DNA of 64,000 nt from an uncultured cyanobacterium (GTDB lineage: Bacteria; Cyanobacteriota; Cyanobacteriia; Cyanobacteriales; Cyanobacteriaceae): assembly GCA_963749915.1 (NCBI GenBank), contig CAVVOP010000022.1, positions 160,001-224,000 of the forward strand, given 5' to 3'. Under the pieces are notes generated by a model. The model saw only the letters and a list, made by a program, of their open reading frames with translations. It ran no database searches and was not told the DNA's origin. Below, in pieces: positions 25,774-37,906 of the stretch (position 1 is its first letter; each line of letters opens with the position of its first letter). A program made the position numbers and the translations under genes.

Positions 25774-28386
25774 TTATTTAGCACCCACGGGCATACCTAA
25801 AATATCCTCAATTTTCGGCATATCTTCTAACGCTATAACTCTACCCTCATCTTCAAAATTGTCAATTTCATTGAAGTTCAAGTAACGGTATAACTCGCCT
25901 TTAAATGGATCGATTTTCTCTTTGACGATGGTCATATACTCTTCCACAGTAGGTATTTTACCTAGTAAAGCACATACTGCCGCTAACTCAGCCGAACCAA
26001 GATAAACCCTCGCACCTTTACCCATGCGGTTATTAAAGTTACGGGTAGAAGTAGAGAATACCGTGGCATTATCTTCTACACGGGCTTGATTACCCATACA
26101 GAGCGAACATCCCGGCATTTCAGTTCTCGCACCAGAAGCGGCAAAGATACCATATACTCCTTCTTCTCGTAATTGTCGTTCATCCATGCGAGTGGGAGGA
26201 CAAACCCATAAACGCCCTTTGACAGTACCTGCACCCTCAAGGATTTTCGCCGCCGCACGGTAATGTCCGATATTAGTCATACAAGAACCGATAAAAACTT
26301 CATCTACCTTATCACCAGCACATTCACTCATAAGTTTAACATTATCTGGATCGTTAGGTGCGGCTACAATAGGTTCTTTGATTTCACTTAAGTTAACTTC
26401 GATCCTATCTACATATTCCGCATCTTCATCCGCAGACATTAGAGAAGGATTTGCTAACCATTCTTCCATCTTAGCAATACGACGCAAGAGAGTACGAGCG
26501 TCTTGATAACCTCTAGCAATCATATTCTTCATCAAGACAACATTAGAGCGAAGATACTCAGCCACGGTTTCCTCACTTAACTTAATAGTACTACCAGAAC
26601 AAGATCTTTCTGCAGTAGCGTCAGTTAATTCAAATGCCTGTTCGACTTTTAAATCAGGTAAACCTTCCATCTCCATGATACGACCATTGAAGACATTGAT
26701 TTTATCCCCTTCACCGTAAGTCAACTTACCTTCTTGCATCGCTACCCAGGGAATGGCATTGACAATATCTCTCAAGGTTACACCAGGCTGTAATTTACCA
26801 GTGAACTTAACTAACACCGACTCAGGCATATCTAAAGGCATCGCCCCTAAAGCCGCCGCAAAAGCCACTAATCCAGAACCTGCGGGGAAGGAAATACCGA
26901 GGGGGAAACGGGTATGAGAGTCACCACCTGTACCTACTGTATCAGGTAATAACATTCTATTGAGCCATGAGTGGATAATACCATCACCAGGACGTAAAGC
27001 CACACCGCCACGGGTAGAGAAAAAATCAGGTAATTCGTGATGAGTTTTGATGTCTACTGGTTTGGGATAAGCAGCGGTATGACAGAAAGTTTGTAAGGTT
27101 AAGTCGGCATGGAAACCTAAACAAGCTAATTCTTTTAATTCATCACGAGTCATTGGTCCTGTGGTATCCTGAGAACCAACGGTAGTCATGATCGGTTCAC
27201 AAGAAGTACCAGGACGAATACCTTCCACACCACAAGCTTTACCGACCATTTTTTGAGCTAAGGTAAACCCTTTACCCGTATCTTCACCAGTACCTGGACG
27301 GACAAATAGTTCACTAGGAGGTAAGTTCAATGCTTGACGAGTTTTATCGGTTAAAGCACGTCCAATTAACAGAGGAATTCTTCCCCCTGCTCTAACTTCG
27401 TCTAAAACGGTGTCGGGTTTTAGCTCAAAGGTAGAAATGGTTTCACCACTTTCGTTAGTGATTTTTCCTTCGTAGGGATAGATAGTTATAACATCTCCTG
27501 TGTTCATTTGATTGACATCACATTCGATGGGTAACGCACCAGAATCTTCGGCTGTATTGAAGAAGATAGGAGCGATTTTACCGCCTAAAACGTATCCGCC
27601 AGCTTTTTTATTAGGAACATAAGGAATTTCTTCTCCTAGATGCCATAAAACGGAGTTGATAGCGGATTTACGAGAGGATCCAGTCCCGACAACATCCCCA
27701 ACGTAAGCTACGGGATATCCTTTTTCTTTTAATTTAGCGATCGTCTCTAAGCCTTCAGGCATTCTAGATTCTAGCATTGCTAGAGCGTGGAGAGGAATAT
27801 CAGGGCGAGTCGTGGCATGAGGAGCGGGAGATAAGTCGTCGGTGTTGGTTTCTCCTTCCACTTTAAATACTGTTACTGTAATAGTTTCAGGGACTTTAGG
27901 TTTACTGATAAACCAGGTTGCATTTGCCCAAGCATCGATAACTTGTTTAGCGTAGGGATTAGTCTCTGATAGCTCTAAGACATTGTTGAAAGCATCAAAG
28001 ACTAATAAGGTTTTACTTAAGGCTATCGCTGCTTCTGAGGCAACATTACTGTCTTTTGATTTGAGTAATTTAACTAATGATTGAACATTATAACCACCCA
28101 TCATCGTACCAAGTAAGCTTACTGCACCTTGACGAGAAATCAGCGGGCATTCAATTTCACCCTTAGCTACACCTGTTAAAAACCCTGCCTTAACATAGGA
28201 TGCTTCGTCAACTCCGGGGGGTATTCTATCCCGAAGTAACATCATTAATTCTTCTTTCAATGCTTCAGGAGGATTCTTTAACATTTCGCATAGATGCGAT
28301 GTTTGCTCGGCATTTAAGGGCAAGGGGGGAATACCTAATTTTGCTCTTTCTTCTACGTGCTGATGATATTCGTCTAACCAAGTCAT
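25774..28386 (-). CDS. acnB: Aconitate hydratase B
   Basis: [40 protein letters not shown]. Confidence 0.97.
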   Translation of the reverse strand: MTWLDEYHQHVEERAKLGIPPLPLNAEQTSHLCEMLKNPPEALKEELMMLLRDRIPPGVDEASYVKAGFLTGVAKGEIECPLISRQGAVSLLGTMMGGYNVQSLVKLLKSKDSNVASEAAIALSKTLLVFDAFNNVLELSETNPYAKQVIDAWANATWFISKPKVPETITVTVFKVEGETNTDDLSPAPHATTRPDIPLHALAMLESRMPEGLETIAKLKEKGYPVAYVGDVVGTGSSRKSAINSVLWHLGEEIPYVPNKKAGGYVLGGKIAPIFFNTAEDSGALPIECDVNQMNTGDVITIYPYEGKITNESGETISTFELKPDTVLDEVRAGGRIPLLIGRALTDKTRQALNLPPSELFVRPGTGEDTGKGFTLAQKMVGKACGVEGIRPGTSCEPIMTTVGSQDTTGPMTRDELKELACLGFHADLTLQTFCHTAAYPKPVDIKTHHELPDFFSTRGGVALRPGDGIIHSWLNRMLLPDTVGTGGDSHTRFPLGISFPAGSGLVAFAAALGAMPLDMPESVLVKFTGKLQPGVTLRDIVNAIPWVAMQEGKLTYGEGDKINVFNGRIMEMEGLPDLKVEQAFELTDATAERSCSGSTIKLSEETVAEYLRSNVVLMKNMIARGYQDARTLLRRIAKMEEWLANPSLMSADEDAEYVDRIEVNLSEIKEPIVAAPNDPDNVKLMSECAGDKVDEVFIGSCMTNIGHYRAAAKILEGAGTVKGRLWVCPPTRMDERQLREEGVYGIFAASGARTEMPGCSLCMGNQARVEDNATVFSTSTRNFNNRMGKGARVYLGSAELAAVCALLGKIPTVEEYMTIVKEKIDPFKGELYRYLNFNEIDNFEDEGRVIALEDMPKIEDILGMPVGAK

Positions 28387-28545
28387 ATTGTATTTCCTGC
28401 TATATCTTTACATTTATTTAACTATTTTAAGCATATCAAGGTGATTCAGTTTTGTATCATTTGTATCGACTTTATTAGGGGCGATCGCTTTTTGAGAGGT
28501 GGTGGAGTTGCAATACTGCGAGGGATAGCGGTCAAACTTTATGAG

Positions 28546-28707
28546 ATGAGAAGTGTGGGGAGTATGGTCGGTGTGGGAAGTGTGGGAAGTATGGGATTTT
28601 TCTTCCCTCTCTTCCCCCTCTTCCCTTTCTTCCCCCTCTTGCAAGTCTCACCTTCGCCCAAATATTAAAAACCTACACCCGAAAGCTTCCCCCTCTTCCC
28701 TATCCTT
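28546..28707. repeat. Dispersed G-rich/C-rich repeat element, copy 2 (interrupted)
   Basis: Shares ATGAGAAGTGTGGGGAG and GGGAAGTATGGGATTTTTCTTCCC with 611-697; 28686-28707 is identical to 676-697. Confidence 0.8.
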
Positions 28708-28740
28708 TCCCTCTGCTTTTGCCTGTTCCCTGTTCTCTAT

Positions 28741-31029
28741 TTAACCATTAACAGAATTAGTCTTTTCGACATCCAGTTTGAGCATTAAAACCCCTAACGG
28801 TGGTAAACACAAATCAAGGGAGTCGGCATAGTTATGGAAAAACCATTTCTCTGTCCATTTTCCGCCTAAGTTGCCCATGTTACTACCGCCATACTCGCGA
28901 GAGTCACTATTAAAGATTTCGTTATAAAATCCGGCTTGAGGTACACCAATGCGATAGTGACTATGGGGTTGAGGGGTAAAGTTACAGACGATGACGATAA
29001 ATTCATCAGTATTTTTAGCACGGCGAATAAAAGCAACCACGCTATGACGATTATCGCTACAATCAATCCACTGGAAGCCTTCTTCTTCAAAATCTAACTC
29101 ATATAAAGCAGGTTCATCTTTATATAAGCTATTGATGTCACTGAAGAATTTTTTTAGTTCTTTATGTTTTTCGTATTGTAGTAAATGCCACTCTAAATCA
29201 TTCCAGACATTCCACTCACTCCATTGTCCAAATTCCATGCTCATAAACATGGTTTTTTTGCCCGGATGTGCGAACATATAACCAAATAAACTGCGGATAT
29301 TTGCAAATTTCTGCCATTCATCCCCAGGCATTTTACCGATCATATTACTCTTGCCGTGGACAATTTCGTCATGGGATAGGGCTAACATATAATTTTCGCT
29401 GTGGTGATACCACATACTAAAAGTAATGCTATTTTGATGGAATTGACGAAACCAAGGATCCATGCTGAAGTAGTCTAACATATCGTGCATCCAGCCCATA
29501 TTCCACTTCATATTGAAGCCCAAACCCCCCATATAAGGAGGACGAGACACCATCGCCCAAGAGGTTGATTCCTCTGCAATGGATAAAATACCAGGGAAAT
29601 AGTTAAAGATAGTACCGTTGACTTGACGTAAAAATTCTACGGCACTAATATTTTCTCTACCACCATATTCATTTGTTACCCATTCCCCATCTTCCCGATC
29701 GTAGTCGAGGTAAAGCATAGAGGCTACGGCGTCAACCCGAATCCCATCAATGTGGTATTTATCAAACCAAAATAAGGCATTGGCGACGAGGAAATTGCGG
29801 ACTTCGTTACGTCCATAATCAAATACTAATGTACCCCAACCTTTATGTTCTCCTTTGCGGGGATCTCCATGTTCATATAAGTGTGTACCATCAAAGAAGG
29901 CTAAACCATGACCATCTTTAGGAAAATGTCCGGGTACCCAATCTACGATAACGCCGATGCCGTTTTGATGACAGACATCGATAAAATACATTAAATCTTC
30001 TGGGCTACCATAACGAGAAGTTGCTGCGTAGTAGCCTGTAACCTGATACCCCCAGGATCCATCGAAAGGATGTTCAGCAACGGGTAATAATTCAATATGA
30101 GTATAGCCTAATTCTTTGAGGTAGGGAACCAATTTTTCTGCAAATTCATAGTAATTTAAAAAACGGGCGGTGGGTTTTAACTCTGATACCTGTACTACTT
30201 CAGCGTTTTTACCATATTGTTTCAGGGGATCTTCGATAGATGTGTGCAACCATGATCCTAAGTGTAATTCATAAACAGAAACAGGCTGAGTTAGAGGATC
30301 TGTATTACGACGTTTTTCGAGCCAATCTTGATCATTCCACTGATAGGAGTCTAAATCGGCAACGATGGAAGCAGTTTTGGGACGTACTTCTTGATAAAAT
30401 CCGAAAGGATCTGATTTCTCGTAAATATGCCCTTCCCAGTTTTTAACCTCATATTTATAGTGTGTACCATAATCAAGATCGGGGATGAATAACTCCCAAA
30501 TCATATTCTGGCGCTTTCTCATTTGATGTTCTCGTCCATCCCAGGAGTTAAAATCCCCTAAAACAGAAACATTACGGGCATTTGGAGCCCAGACAGCAAA
30601 ATACACACCTTTTACGCCGTTTTGTTGGATTACGTGAGCACCTAGTTTTTCGTAAATACGGTGATGATTACCTTCCCCAAACAAATGTATATCATAATCT
30701 GTTAATTGTACTTCTTTGAATTGATAAGGATCATAAATTACTTTTTCGTGATCTCCTTCTTTTATCCGTAATTGATAGCTATTTAATTCTTCTATCTCGA
30801 TTTCACATTCAAAAAAGTTAGGGTGATGTTGCGATCGCATTTCGTATTCTTGACGACTATCGGGAATAACCACAGAAGCGCTGGTGGCCTTAGGTAAATA
30901 AGCTCTAATTATCCATTGTTTGTGATTATCTTTTTCTGACAGTAAATGACAGCCGAGTATTTCAAAAGGATCATTATGTAAATTATGGACTATTTGATTA
31001 ACTTGCTCAGAGGTTATTGTTGTAGGCAT
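28741..31029 (-). CDS. glgB: 1,4-alpha-glucan branching enzyme
   Basis: FAVWAPNA, SWGYQVT, GIRVDAVASM, AEEST, LSHDE. Confidence 0.96.
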   Translation of the reverse strand: MPTTITSEQVNQIVHNLHNDPFEILGCHLLSEKDNHKQWIIRAYLPKATSASVVIPDSRQEYEMRSQHHPNFFECEIEIEELNSYQLRIKEGDHEKVIYDPYQFKEVQLTDYDIHLFGEGNHHRIYEKLGAHVIQQNGVKGVYFAVWAPNARNVSVLGDFNSWDGREHQMRKRQNMIWELFIPDLDYGTHYKYEVKNWEGHIYEKSDPFGFYQEVRPKTASIVADLDSYQWNDQDWLEKRRNTDPLTQPVSVYELHLGSWLHTSIEDPLKQYGKNAEVVQVSELKPTARFLNYYEFAEKLVPYLKELGYTHIELLPVAEHPFDGSWGYQVTGYYAATSRYGSPEDLMYFIDVCHQNGIGVIVDWVPGHFPKDGHGLAFFDGTHLYEHGDPRKGEHKGWGTLVFDYGRNEVRNFLVANALFWFDKYHIDGIRVDAVASMLYLDYDREDGEWVTNEYGGRENISAVEFLRQVNGTIFNYFPGILSIAEESTSWAMVSRPPYMGGLGFNMKWNMGWMHDMLDYFSMDPWFRQFHQNSITFSMWYHHSENYMLALSHDEIVHGKSNMIGKMPGDEWQKFANIRSLFGYMFAHPGKKTMFMSMEFGQWSEWNVWNDLEWHLLQYEKHKELKKFFSDINSLYKDEPALYELDFEEEGFQWIDCSDNRHSVVAFIRRAKNTDEFIVIVCNFTPQPHSHYRIGVPQAGFYNEIFNSDSREYGGSNMGNLGGKWTEKWFFHNYADSLDLCLPPLGVLMLKLDVEKTNSVNG

Positions 31030-31216
31030 TTAATTAAAGAGACTTAAATGTTTTTCATATTGTTTTAATCATAATAGCTAGTCTTGCTTTTAGGATAATT
31101 AGTTTTTTGCCTAACAACACCTTCGCCAGAAAAAAGACAATTTTGCTAAATTATATACACATTGATTATATTATTAATTTGACAAATTTATCGAACTTTT
31201 ATATCAACTCTAACAT

Positions 31217-31573
31217 TTATTTACTTCTAGCAATGTCAATGGTAATTCTACCACCAAAATCGGGAATGGGTGCAGCGGGTTTAGATAGTCTGACTCTCAC
31301 TTTATGGATGGGCTCAATTTTTAAAATATCTTCCGCAATCACATCGGCCAATTTTTCCACTAGGGCGAATTTGGCAGTTTTGATAATATGTTGAACCATC
31401 GCAATGGTATTCCTATAATCCACCGTATCATTCAAATCATCACTTTTTGCTGATGGTTGCAAATCCACCCACAATGTTAAATCTACCTCAAACCATTGAC
31501 CTAATGTTCTTTCTTCGGGAAGAAAACCCGTATAACCATAACTGCGAATACCCGTAACTTCTATACAATCCAT
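31217..31573 (-). CDS. folB: Dihydroneopterin aldolase
   Basis: YGYTG..PEERTLGQWF, TVDY, LVEKLA, KPAAPI. Confidence 0.92.
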   Translation of the reverse strand: MDCIEVTGIRSYGYTGFLPEERTLGQWFEVDLTLWVDLQPSAKSDDLNDTVDYRNTIAMVQHIIKTAKFALVEKLADVIAEDILKIEPIHKVRVRLSKPAAPIPDFGGRITIDIARSK

Positions 31574-31712
31574 AACTGATTATTGACTTAAATTTAATAC
31601 TTAAATAATACTTCTTAGGAAAACACAAACACAAAAAGGAATTAAAATTATTGCAAGAGCTCGTATTCCTCATTCCTTACCTTCACCGAAACACTTTTTC
31701 AACAAACCCTAT

Positions 31713-32012
31713 TTATATTAAATTATGTCTGATAGCTAAAGTAAGAATACCTTGTTGACCTAATAAAACTTCTCGTAGCAAGGTAAAAATCCCTAACCAA
31801 ACAATGGGAGTAATGTCTATACCTCCTAAAGGGGGTATAATTTTGCGGGTGGGTACTAAGAATGGTTCTGTGGGCAAATAAGCTAATTTATAAGGAAATT
31901 CTGAGAGGTTAACATTGGGATACCATGTTAAAACGATGCGAAAAATGAATAGTAATGTCATGATAAAAAACAAAATACCAAGAGTAACACTACTGATAAT
32001 AGCTATGTTCAT
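31713..32012 (-). CDS. YggT family membrane protein
   Basis: RIVLTWYP, PTEPFL, IPPLGGIDITP. Confidence 0.88.
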   Translation of the reverse strand: MNIAIISSVTLGILFFIMTLLFIFRIVLTWYPNVNLSEFPYKLAYLPTEPFLVPTRKIIPPLGGIDITPIVWLGIFTLLREVLLGQQGILTLAIRHNLI

Positions 32013-32104
32013 AAATTAGTCGCTTTTGTTAGCCTTAAATAAGTATCTATTCTAATGTAAAATGATAGTGATAATTTTTAGTAAGCATAAGGTATAAAAA
32101 ATAT

Positions 32105-32221
32105 ATGACTCCTTCTTTAGCCAATTTTCTCTGGAGCTTAGTCTGGGGTGCTGCCATCGTCGTTATTCCCGCAACTATTGGTTTAATTCTCGTTAGTCAA
32201 GCTGATAAAATTCGTCGCTAA
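32105..32221 (+). CDS. psbX: Photosystem II protein PsbX (38 aa, absent from ORF track)
   Basis: [38 protein letters not shown]; lies between yggT and ycf66. Confidence 0.93.
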   Translation: MTPSLANFLWSLVWGAAIVVIPATIGLILVSQADKIRR

Positions 32222-32374
32222 GAAGTAACATTCTTTAAATGCGTCTTAGCTTCTCATCCAAAGGGCGACACTTTCGCCCCTAACTATTGATTGCGTATTA
32301 CTTTTGAGCAAAATTTTTAGATTCGACTCATGTTCGTTAAGATAGAAAAAAATATCATCCTTTAGGTTTTAGTA

Positions 32375-33196
32375 ATGGTTAATTTTGGTTTTAACTCAGC
32401 AAGTATTTTAGGCATTTTTTTAGCTTTAGCTGGTGCTGGTTTATATTTACTGCGTTCTTTACGTCCTGAAGTTTCGAGAGATCATGATATATTTTTCGCC
32501 GCGGTAGGATTACTTTGCGGTGGAATTTTACTTTGGCATGGTTGGCGCTTAGATCCTATTCTTCAGTTTAGTCAATTATTGTTGGCGGTCTCGGCAGTTT
32601 TTTTTGCGGTGGAAAGTGTGCGTTTAAGAGGTGTTACCACCGAGCGAATGAAAGGACGTTCTTCCTATGTGGATGACGATCGCCCCAGTAGACGAGTTTA
32701 TCGAGCAGAACTAGCACAAATGGATGGTTATGAGGATGATTATGAGGATGAAGAAGAAATGCCTCCCCGTCGTCGTTTACAAGGTACTCCTGTAAAATCA
32801 ACGTCCTCTCGCCGTAGTGGTTATGAAGAAGAAGCTCCCACCTCTCGTTCTCGTCGTCCCCGTCCTTCTGGTTACACTCAAGAACCTCCTGTAAATCCTC
32901 GTCGTGGCAATCCCTCTTCTCGTGTTCGTCATCAATATGATGATTGGCAAGAAACCCCTGATCATTGGGAAGAAAGTTCAACCCCTGTCCGTCGTAGTTC
33001 TCCTCGAGTGTCTCCTGATTCATCGGATATTCCACCTTCGAGAAGATCGAAAAAACGTCGTCCTAAATCGGCTGATGATATAGTTTCTAGTGTTGGCACG
33101 GAATATGTTGATTATCAACCTTTAGATAATAACGTAAATAACGACAGCCCTGATAATCCTCGGCCCCCTCAAAATCCTGATAATTTCGATTATTAA
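32375..33196 (+). CDS. ycf66: Ycf66 family protein
   Basis: RPEVSRDHDIFFAAVGLL..WRLDPILQF plus low-complexity tail. Confidence 0.9.
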   Translation: MVNFGFNSASILGIFLALAGAGLYLLRSLRPEVSRDHDIFFAAVGLLCGGILLWHGWRLDPILQFSQLLLAVSAVFFAVESVRLRGVTTERMKGRSSYVDDDRPSRRVYRAELAQMDGYEDDYEDEEEMPPRRRLQGTPVKSTSSRRSGYEEEAPTSRSRRPRPSGYTQEPPVNPRRGNPSSRVRHQYDDWQETPDHWEESSTPVRRSSPRVSPDSSDIPPSRRSKKRRPKSADDIVSSVGTEYVDYQPLDNNVNNDSPDNPRPPQNPDNFDY

Positions 33197-33210
33197 AATG
33201 CCATGGTTTT

Positions 33211-33792
33211 TTGATTAGTTTATTGCGACCTTTTTTAATTCTTCATTTTGTAGTTTTGAAGCTATTTTTTGCTCTACTTCTTTTTGCCTCTGGTTTAATT
33301 GTCGGTGGTTGTACCTCCAACAATTTATCTCTCTCCCCTAATTTTCTTAACAGCAGATATAATGATGAACAACCTGTGCTGAGTGGAGATGGTCGCTGGT
33401 TAGCAATGGTATCAAATCGTTATGGTCGTAGAGAAGTTTTATTGTATGATTTACAGCAACAATCTTTTGTTGATTTACCCGGCCTAAATTTACCTAATGC
33501 GATTACTGATAGTCCGAGTCTTAGTCGTGCTGGTAGATATATAGTTTATATTTCCAGTATTCAAGGGCGACCTGATATTTTTTTATATGATCGAGCGACA
33601 AAACAAAATCAGTTATTAACTCAAGGTTATCGCAGTTGGTTGAGAAACCCCCGTGTGAGTCCTGATGGTCGTTATATAGTCTTTGAAACTGCCCGTCGTG
33701 GACAATGGGATATAGAGGTGATGGATTTGGGTCGTAATATGGAATTAGATCAAGTTGATGGCGTTGTTGAAAGTAAGGTTTCTCGACCATAA
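33211..33792 (+). CDS. TolB-like (PD40 repeat) lipoprotein
   Basis: LIVGGC lipobox; repeated PxLSxDGRY/W. Confidence 0.75.
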   Translation: MISLLRPFLILHFVVLKLFFALLLFASGLIVGGCTSNNLSLSPNFLNSRYNDEQPVLSGDGRWLAMVSNRYGRREVLLYDLQQQSFVDLPGLNLPNAITDSPSLSRAGRYIVYISSIQGRPDIFLYDRATKQNQLLTQGYRSWLRNPRVSPDGRYIVFETARRGQWDIEVMDLGRNMELDQVDGVVESKVSRP

Positions 33793-33815
33793 AGACGATC
33801 CCAGGAAAGAGGAAA

Positions 33816-34262
33816 TTAGATATAGTAGTGGAGAAAAGATTGTCCGGGATTGACCAAAAAACGGTTCTTGACGGCTTGTCTGCCCAATAACATTCTAAAA
33901 CCCATTACGTCACGATTAGTCAGGGTTAACTCAATATCCCACTGATAACTACCTAATTTTACCTTTGTGAGAATCACCGGTCTAAGTTGGCTATGTCCTC
34001 CTGAATTGGTAATGTGCCTATATTCAAGTAAGGGGGCGATACAATTAACCGTCATGTGGGTTTCTCGTTGGATTGGATGTACTTGAAACTCGACCATTTC
34101 TCGATCTTCCACTTTATAAGTATGAATATGAAAAGCGTGTAGTGACGAAGTTCGAGCACCAGTATCGATTTTAACTTTAATTTTGTCAACCCCCAATATT
34201 GGTAATGCTAGATATTCTCGCCAACCAATTAGGGGTAATTCTTTTTTTTGATGTTTCTTCAT
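33816..34262 (-). CDS. RimK-associated retropepsin-like protease (RimB-like)
   Basis: IGWRE, KIDTGARTSSLHA, MLLGR. Confidence 0.8.
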   Translation of the reverse strand: MKKHQKKELPLIGWREYLALPILGVDKIKVKIDTGARTSSLHAFHIHTYKVEDREMVEFQVHPIQRETHMTVNCIAPLLEYRHITNSGGHSQLRPVILTKVKLGSYQWDIELTLTNRDVMGFRMLLGRQAVKNRFLVNPGQSFLHYYI

Positions 34263-34337
34263 TTATCGAATCTAAGTCCCCAAGTTCGGAGACTTTTTTG
34301 AGATGCTGATTACTAATTACTGATTATTCCACGAAAC

Positions 34338-36638
34338 TTAATTCGCACAGGCGGTACATTCTTCTTTAAAAGAATCCCGTTGCACGACGCGCACATAATA
34401 AACTGCTTTACAGCCTTCTTCCCATGCCATGACCAACGTATTATAAATATCCTTGGCTTTTAGAGCTCTTTTTGGTTCATTGGCGAAATATACCCCCTCA
34501 TTGAGATTGAATAGTAGCTCCATTGAAATCCCTGTATCGATCCATTGCTGAATTACAGCGATCGCTTTTACTACTTCTTCTTGATTGAGGTGTTTATTTT
34601 CCTGATAAAACCAGTTTTTATCGTTAATAAAAGGAGGCGCAATGGGCACTGTACCTTTTGCCCATTTATCATAAAAAAAGCGACTATAAACTGGTAAAAC
34701 ACTAGCCGTACAACCTTGTACTAAGGATGAAGATGTGTTGGGTGCGATGGCTGTAATATGTGAGTTACGGATACCGAATAGTTGAATATCATCGGCCAAT
34801 TGTCGCCAACGGGGCTTATTATAGGCGTTTTCCTCAAACCATTCTACAGGCCGGCAACCAATTAATAAGCCCTTACTCCAATCGCTGCCCTCAAAGGCGG
34901 GATAGGCACCTCTTTCTTTAGCTAATGTCATGGATGCAGCGGTGCAATAATAACCTATATCCTCAAATAAATTGCTAATTTGGGGGAGGTCACTATATCT
35001 TAAATTTCGTTTTGCTAACCAATCCGCTAAACCCATGGCACCTACTCCAATAGTACGATAGCGATCATTATGAGCCTTGGCATCACCAAAGGGTGGTAAG
35101 GTGATCTCAATGGTGTTGTCTAAAATTCTGACTGCCAAGCTACAAATAGACGACTTTTCAGAATCTTCTAAATTGGCAAGGTTTAGGGATACTAAATTAC
35201 AGCAGTGGGCATATCTACCAGGAGTAACATTGCTAAAACTCTCAGTGCATAAATTTACCCCAGGAATATAACCCTCATGTTTATTCGGATTTCCTTTGTT
35301 AATGGTATCTTTAAAGGCTAAGTAAGGCATTCCCGTTTCTACTTGTGCCCTCATGATCTGTTTAAATAATTCTCTGGCGTTTACCTTTTTATAGATTTTT
35401 ATTTTTGTGCCAAGGTTTGATTCTATAATGCTATATGCCTTTTCAAATTCTGCTCCCCATAAAGTCGGTAAGTCAATATCTAAAGCATTTTTGACTTCAA
35501 AAGGATCAACTAAAGTCCATTCTTGCTTATTTTTGATTCTACGCATAAATTCATCGGGGAGAATAAGCTGAGGGAAAACATCGTAAGCCTTACGACGTTG
35601 ATCGCCATTTTCTGTTTGCATCTCTAAAAATTCTGGTACATCGAGATGCCATATATCCAAACCTACAGTTACAGCACCGGCCCGTCTTCCTCCCTGATTC
35701 ACTGCTATGGCCGTATCATTGAGTAATTTAATCCAAGGTATTACCCCTCCTGACGCATTTTTCTTGCCCATTACAGAGCTTCCTGTAGCCCTAATTCTGG
35801 ATACATTTACCCCCACTCCACCGCCGTTTTTGGAAATTCTAGCAGTATTGGTGATTTCTTGAAAAATACTTTCTAAGTTATCATCAATACTAACGATAAA
35901 ACAGCTAGTTAATGAACCGTTAGGAACCCTTAAGTTAGCCAAAATAGGGGTAGCTAAGGAAATACGACGAGATGCGATCGCCTCATAAAACTTACGAGCA
36001 TAATTCAATCTAACTTCAGGTGCTTCCACCATAGCGAGGAATAATGAACAAGTCAAATAGGCTTCTTGAGGTAATTCTTGAGGCAGAAGATAACGATTAC
36101 GTAACAACACGACTCCAGCATAGTCATAATCCAAATCCCAGTCAGGATTAATCCAACTATTAGCTTCTTCTAATTCCTGTGGGGAGTAGGCCAAAATCCT
36201 TTGATCATATTTACCCTGTTTAACAAACCTAGCAACAGTTTGGGCATAATTACCATAATTATAGCCTCGTTTGGCAAGAGTGTCTTTCCATAAACTCCAA
36301 ATATGTAGTCTACCTGCTACATATCGCCAGTCTGGTTCTTCGAGATTACACATTTCCAAGGCACAATTAATTAAATTGTCCTGAATTTCCCTGGTAGTAA
36401 TGCCATGACGTAGACGAGTTTTTAAACCAGATTCTAAGGCGATAGAATTGGCATCTTTACCGTTGCAAGCCCAATCTACGACTTTTCTAATTTTACTAAT
36501 ATCAAGGGGGGCTGATTTTCCGTTTCTTTTAATTACTTCGATACTTTTAGTCTGATGATTTAAATGGTGATTCTGACTACCAATATGAACCGTTGATGAG
36601 TGGCTAGAGATCGTATTTTCTTGTGTATCCAATAACAT
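34338..36638 (-). CDS. nrdA: Class I ribonucleotide reductase alpha subunit with ATP cone
   Basis: VIKRNG cone, TSCF, NLCTE, APNTSSS, VYY, C-terminal CTAC. Confidence 0.9.
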   Translation of the reverse strand: MLLDTQENTISSHSSTVHIGSQNHHLNHQTKSIEVIKRNGKSAPLDISKIRKVVDWACNGKDANSIALESGLKTRLRHGITTREIQDNLINCALEMCNLEEPDWRYVAGRLHIWSLWKDTLAKRGYNYGNYAQTVARFVKQGKYDQRILAYSPQELEEANSWINPDWDLDYDYAGVVLLRNRYLLPQELPQEAYLTCSLFLAMVEAPEVRLNYARKFYEAIASRRISLATPILANLRVPNGSLTSCFIVSIDDNLESIFQEITNTARISKNGGGVGVNVSRIRATGSSVMGKKNASGGVIPWIKLLNDTAIAVNQGGRRAGAVTVGLDIWHLDVPEFLEMQTENGDQRRKAYDVFPQLILPDEFMRRIKNKQEWTLVDPFEVKNALDIDLPTLWGAEFEKAYSIIESNLGTKIKIYKKVNARELFKQIMRAQVETGMPYLAFKDTINKGNPNKHEGYIPGVNLCTESFSNVTPGRYAHCCNLVSLNLANLEDSEKSSICSLAVRILDNTIEITLPPFGDAKAHNDRYRTIGVGAMGLADWLAKRNLRYSDLPQISNLFEDIGYYCTAASMTLAKERGAYPAFEGSDWSKGLLIGCRPVEWFEENAYNKPRWRQLADDIQLFGIRNSHITAIAPNTSSSLVQGCTASVLPVYSRFFYDKWAKGTVPIAPPFINDKNWFYQENKHLNQEEVVKAIAVIQQWIDTGISMELLFNLNEGVYFANEPKRALKAKDIYNTLVMAWEEGCKAVYYVRVVQRDSFKEECTACAN

Positions 36639-36710
36639 TGCTTCTGCCTCGCTTACTTTAAGTATTTCTACTCAAAAAAAATTTAATGCTGTTTAATCTT
36701 TTTCTTTTAT

Positions 36711-36758
36711 ACCATACATATGGGGTACTCTGCTCTCTACATACACCATATGTAAAAT
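36711..36758. promoter_or_regulatory. Tandem NrdR-box-like sites upstream of nrdA
   Basis: ACCATACATATGGGGT (36711) and ACACCATATGTAAAAT (36743), 32 bp apart. Confidence 0.55.
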
Positions 36759-37066
36759 TTAGTCAATAAAATTAAATACCTATTTTTGGGAAGGAGCAAT
36801 AGAGAATAAACAATGGATAGTTTATAATGAATAGTTAATAATGAATAACGAAAGTTGCTTTGTAATACTAGTTACTTTGCTTATATATCATTACATTAAG
36901 ACTTTTTATGTCAATTTAGACGATCTGCGCATCGCTAATGATAACAGAATTTTTCTGAACTAAATCTTAAGATTAACCTCGGTGAAAAACTCTCTGTTTT
37001 CCGACTTCTGCAAAAAGTCTATTAAAATAAAAAACAGCTATAGAGAAAAAATCAGAAAAAATAACC

Positions 37067-37831
37067 ATGGGTAACGAAAATATAGTACTTTTATCCGCTA
37101 GAGAAATCGAGAAAATGCGACAGGTGGGAAAATTGGCCGCACAATTGTTAGAGTATTTAGGGAAAATGGTAACACCTGGAATTAGTACTCACGACTTAGA
37201 TCAAGCGGCAGAAAAATGGACAAAAGAACATGGGGCAAAAAGTGCTCCATTGGGTTATCATGGTTTCCCTCGCTCAATTTGTACCAGTGTTAATGAGGTA
37301 ATTTGTCATGGTATCCCTAGCAAAGACCAAATTTTAAAAGATGGAGATATTATTAATATTGATGTCACCCCTATTTTAGAAGGCTATCACGGGGATACGT
37401 CTAAGACTTTTTTTGTGGGTACACCTTCTGATGAGGCGAAAAAATTGGTAGAAGTGACCGAAGAATGTTTATATAGAGGCATAAATGCGGTACGCTCTGG
37501 GGGTAGAATTGGGGATATTGGAGCAGCAATTCAAGAATATGCGGAAAGTCATGGTTATTCGGTGGTGAGAAATTTTGTGGGTCATGGTATCGGACGCACC
37601 TTTCATACACCCCCTCAAGTGCCTCACTATGGTAAAAAGGGTACAGGGAAGAAATTGCGACCCGGAATGGTATTTACCATTGAACCGATGATTAATATAG
37701 GCACATGGGAAGCTGATGTCTTAGAGGATGGTTGGACTGCTTTAACGAAAGATCGTCAATTATCTGCTCAATTTGAACATACCATCGCTATCACCCATGG
37801 AGGAGTGGAGATTTTAACGGTGGATAAGTAA
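37067..37831 (+). CDS. map: Methionine aminopeptidase type I
   Basis: ICTSVNEVICHGIP, GHGIG, FTIEPM, AQFEHT. Confidence 0.95.
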   Translation: MGNENIVLLSAREIEKMRQVGKLAAQLLEYLGKMVTPGISTHDLDQAAEKWTKEHGAKSAPLGYHGFPRSICTSVNEVICHGIPSKDQILKDGDIINIDVTPILEGYHGDTSKTFFVGTPSDEAKKLVEVTEECLYRGINAVRSGGRIGDIGAAIQEYAESHGYSVVRNFVGHGIGRTFHTPPQVPHYGKKGTGKKLRPGMVFTIEPMINIGTWEADVLEDGWTALTKDRQLSAQFEHTIAITHGGVEILTVDK

Positions 37832-37906
37832 TGTATGTAAATAAAATTTATCCCTTTGAAGTATTTATTTCAAAATATAAACTATATCAATTATTTCAAG
37901 TTTGCT

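Noticed and set aside
28414..28744. Three overlapping ORFs (76, 75 and 63 aa)
   Set aside because: Open frames produced by the 9-mer tandem repeat element
31107..31673. ORFs of 95 and 61 aa overlapping folB
   Set aside because: Shadow frames of folB; the same reasoning applies to the other short ORFs nested in or antisense to large genes
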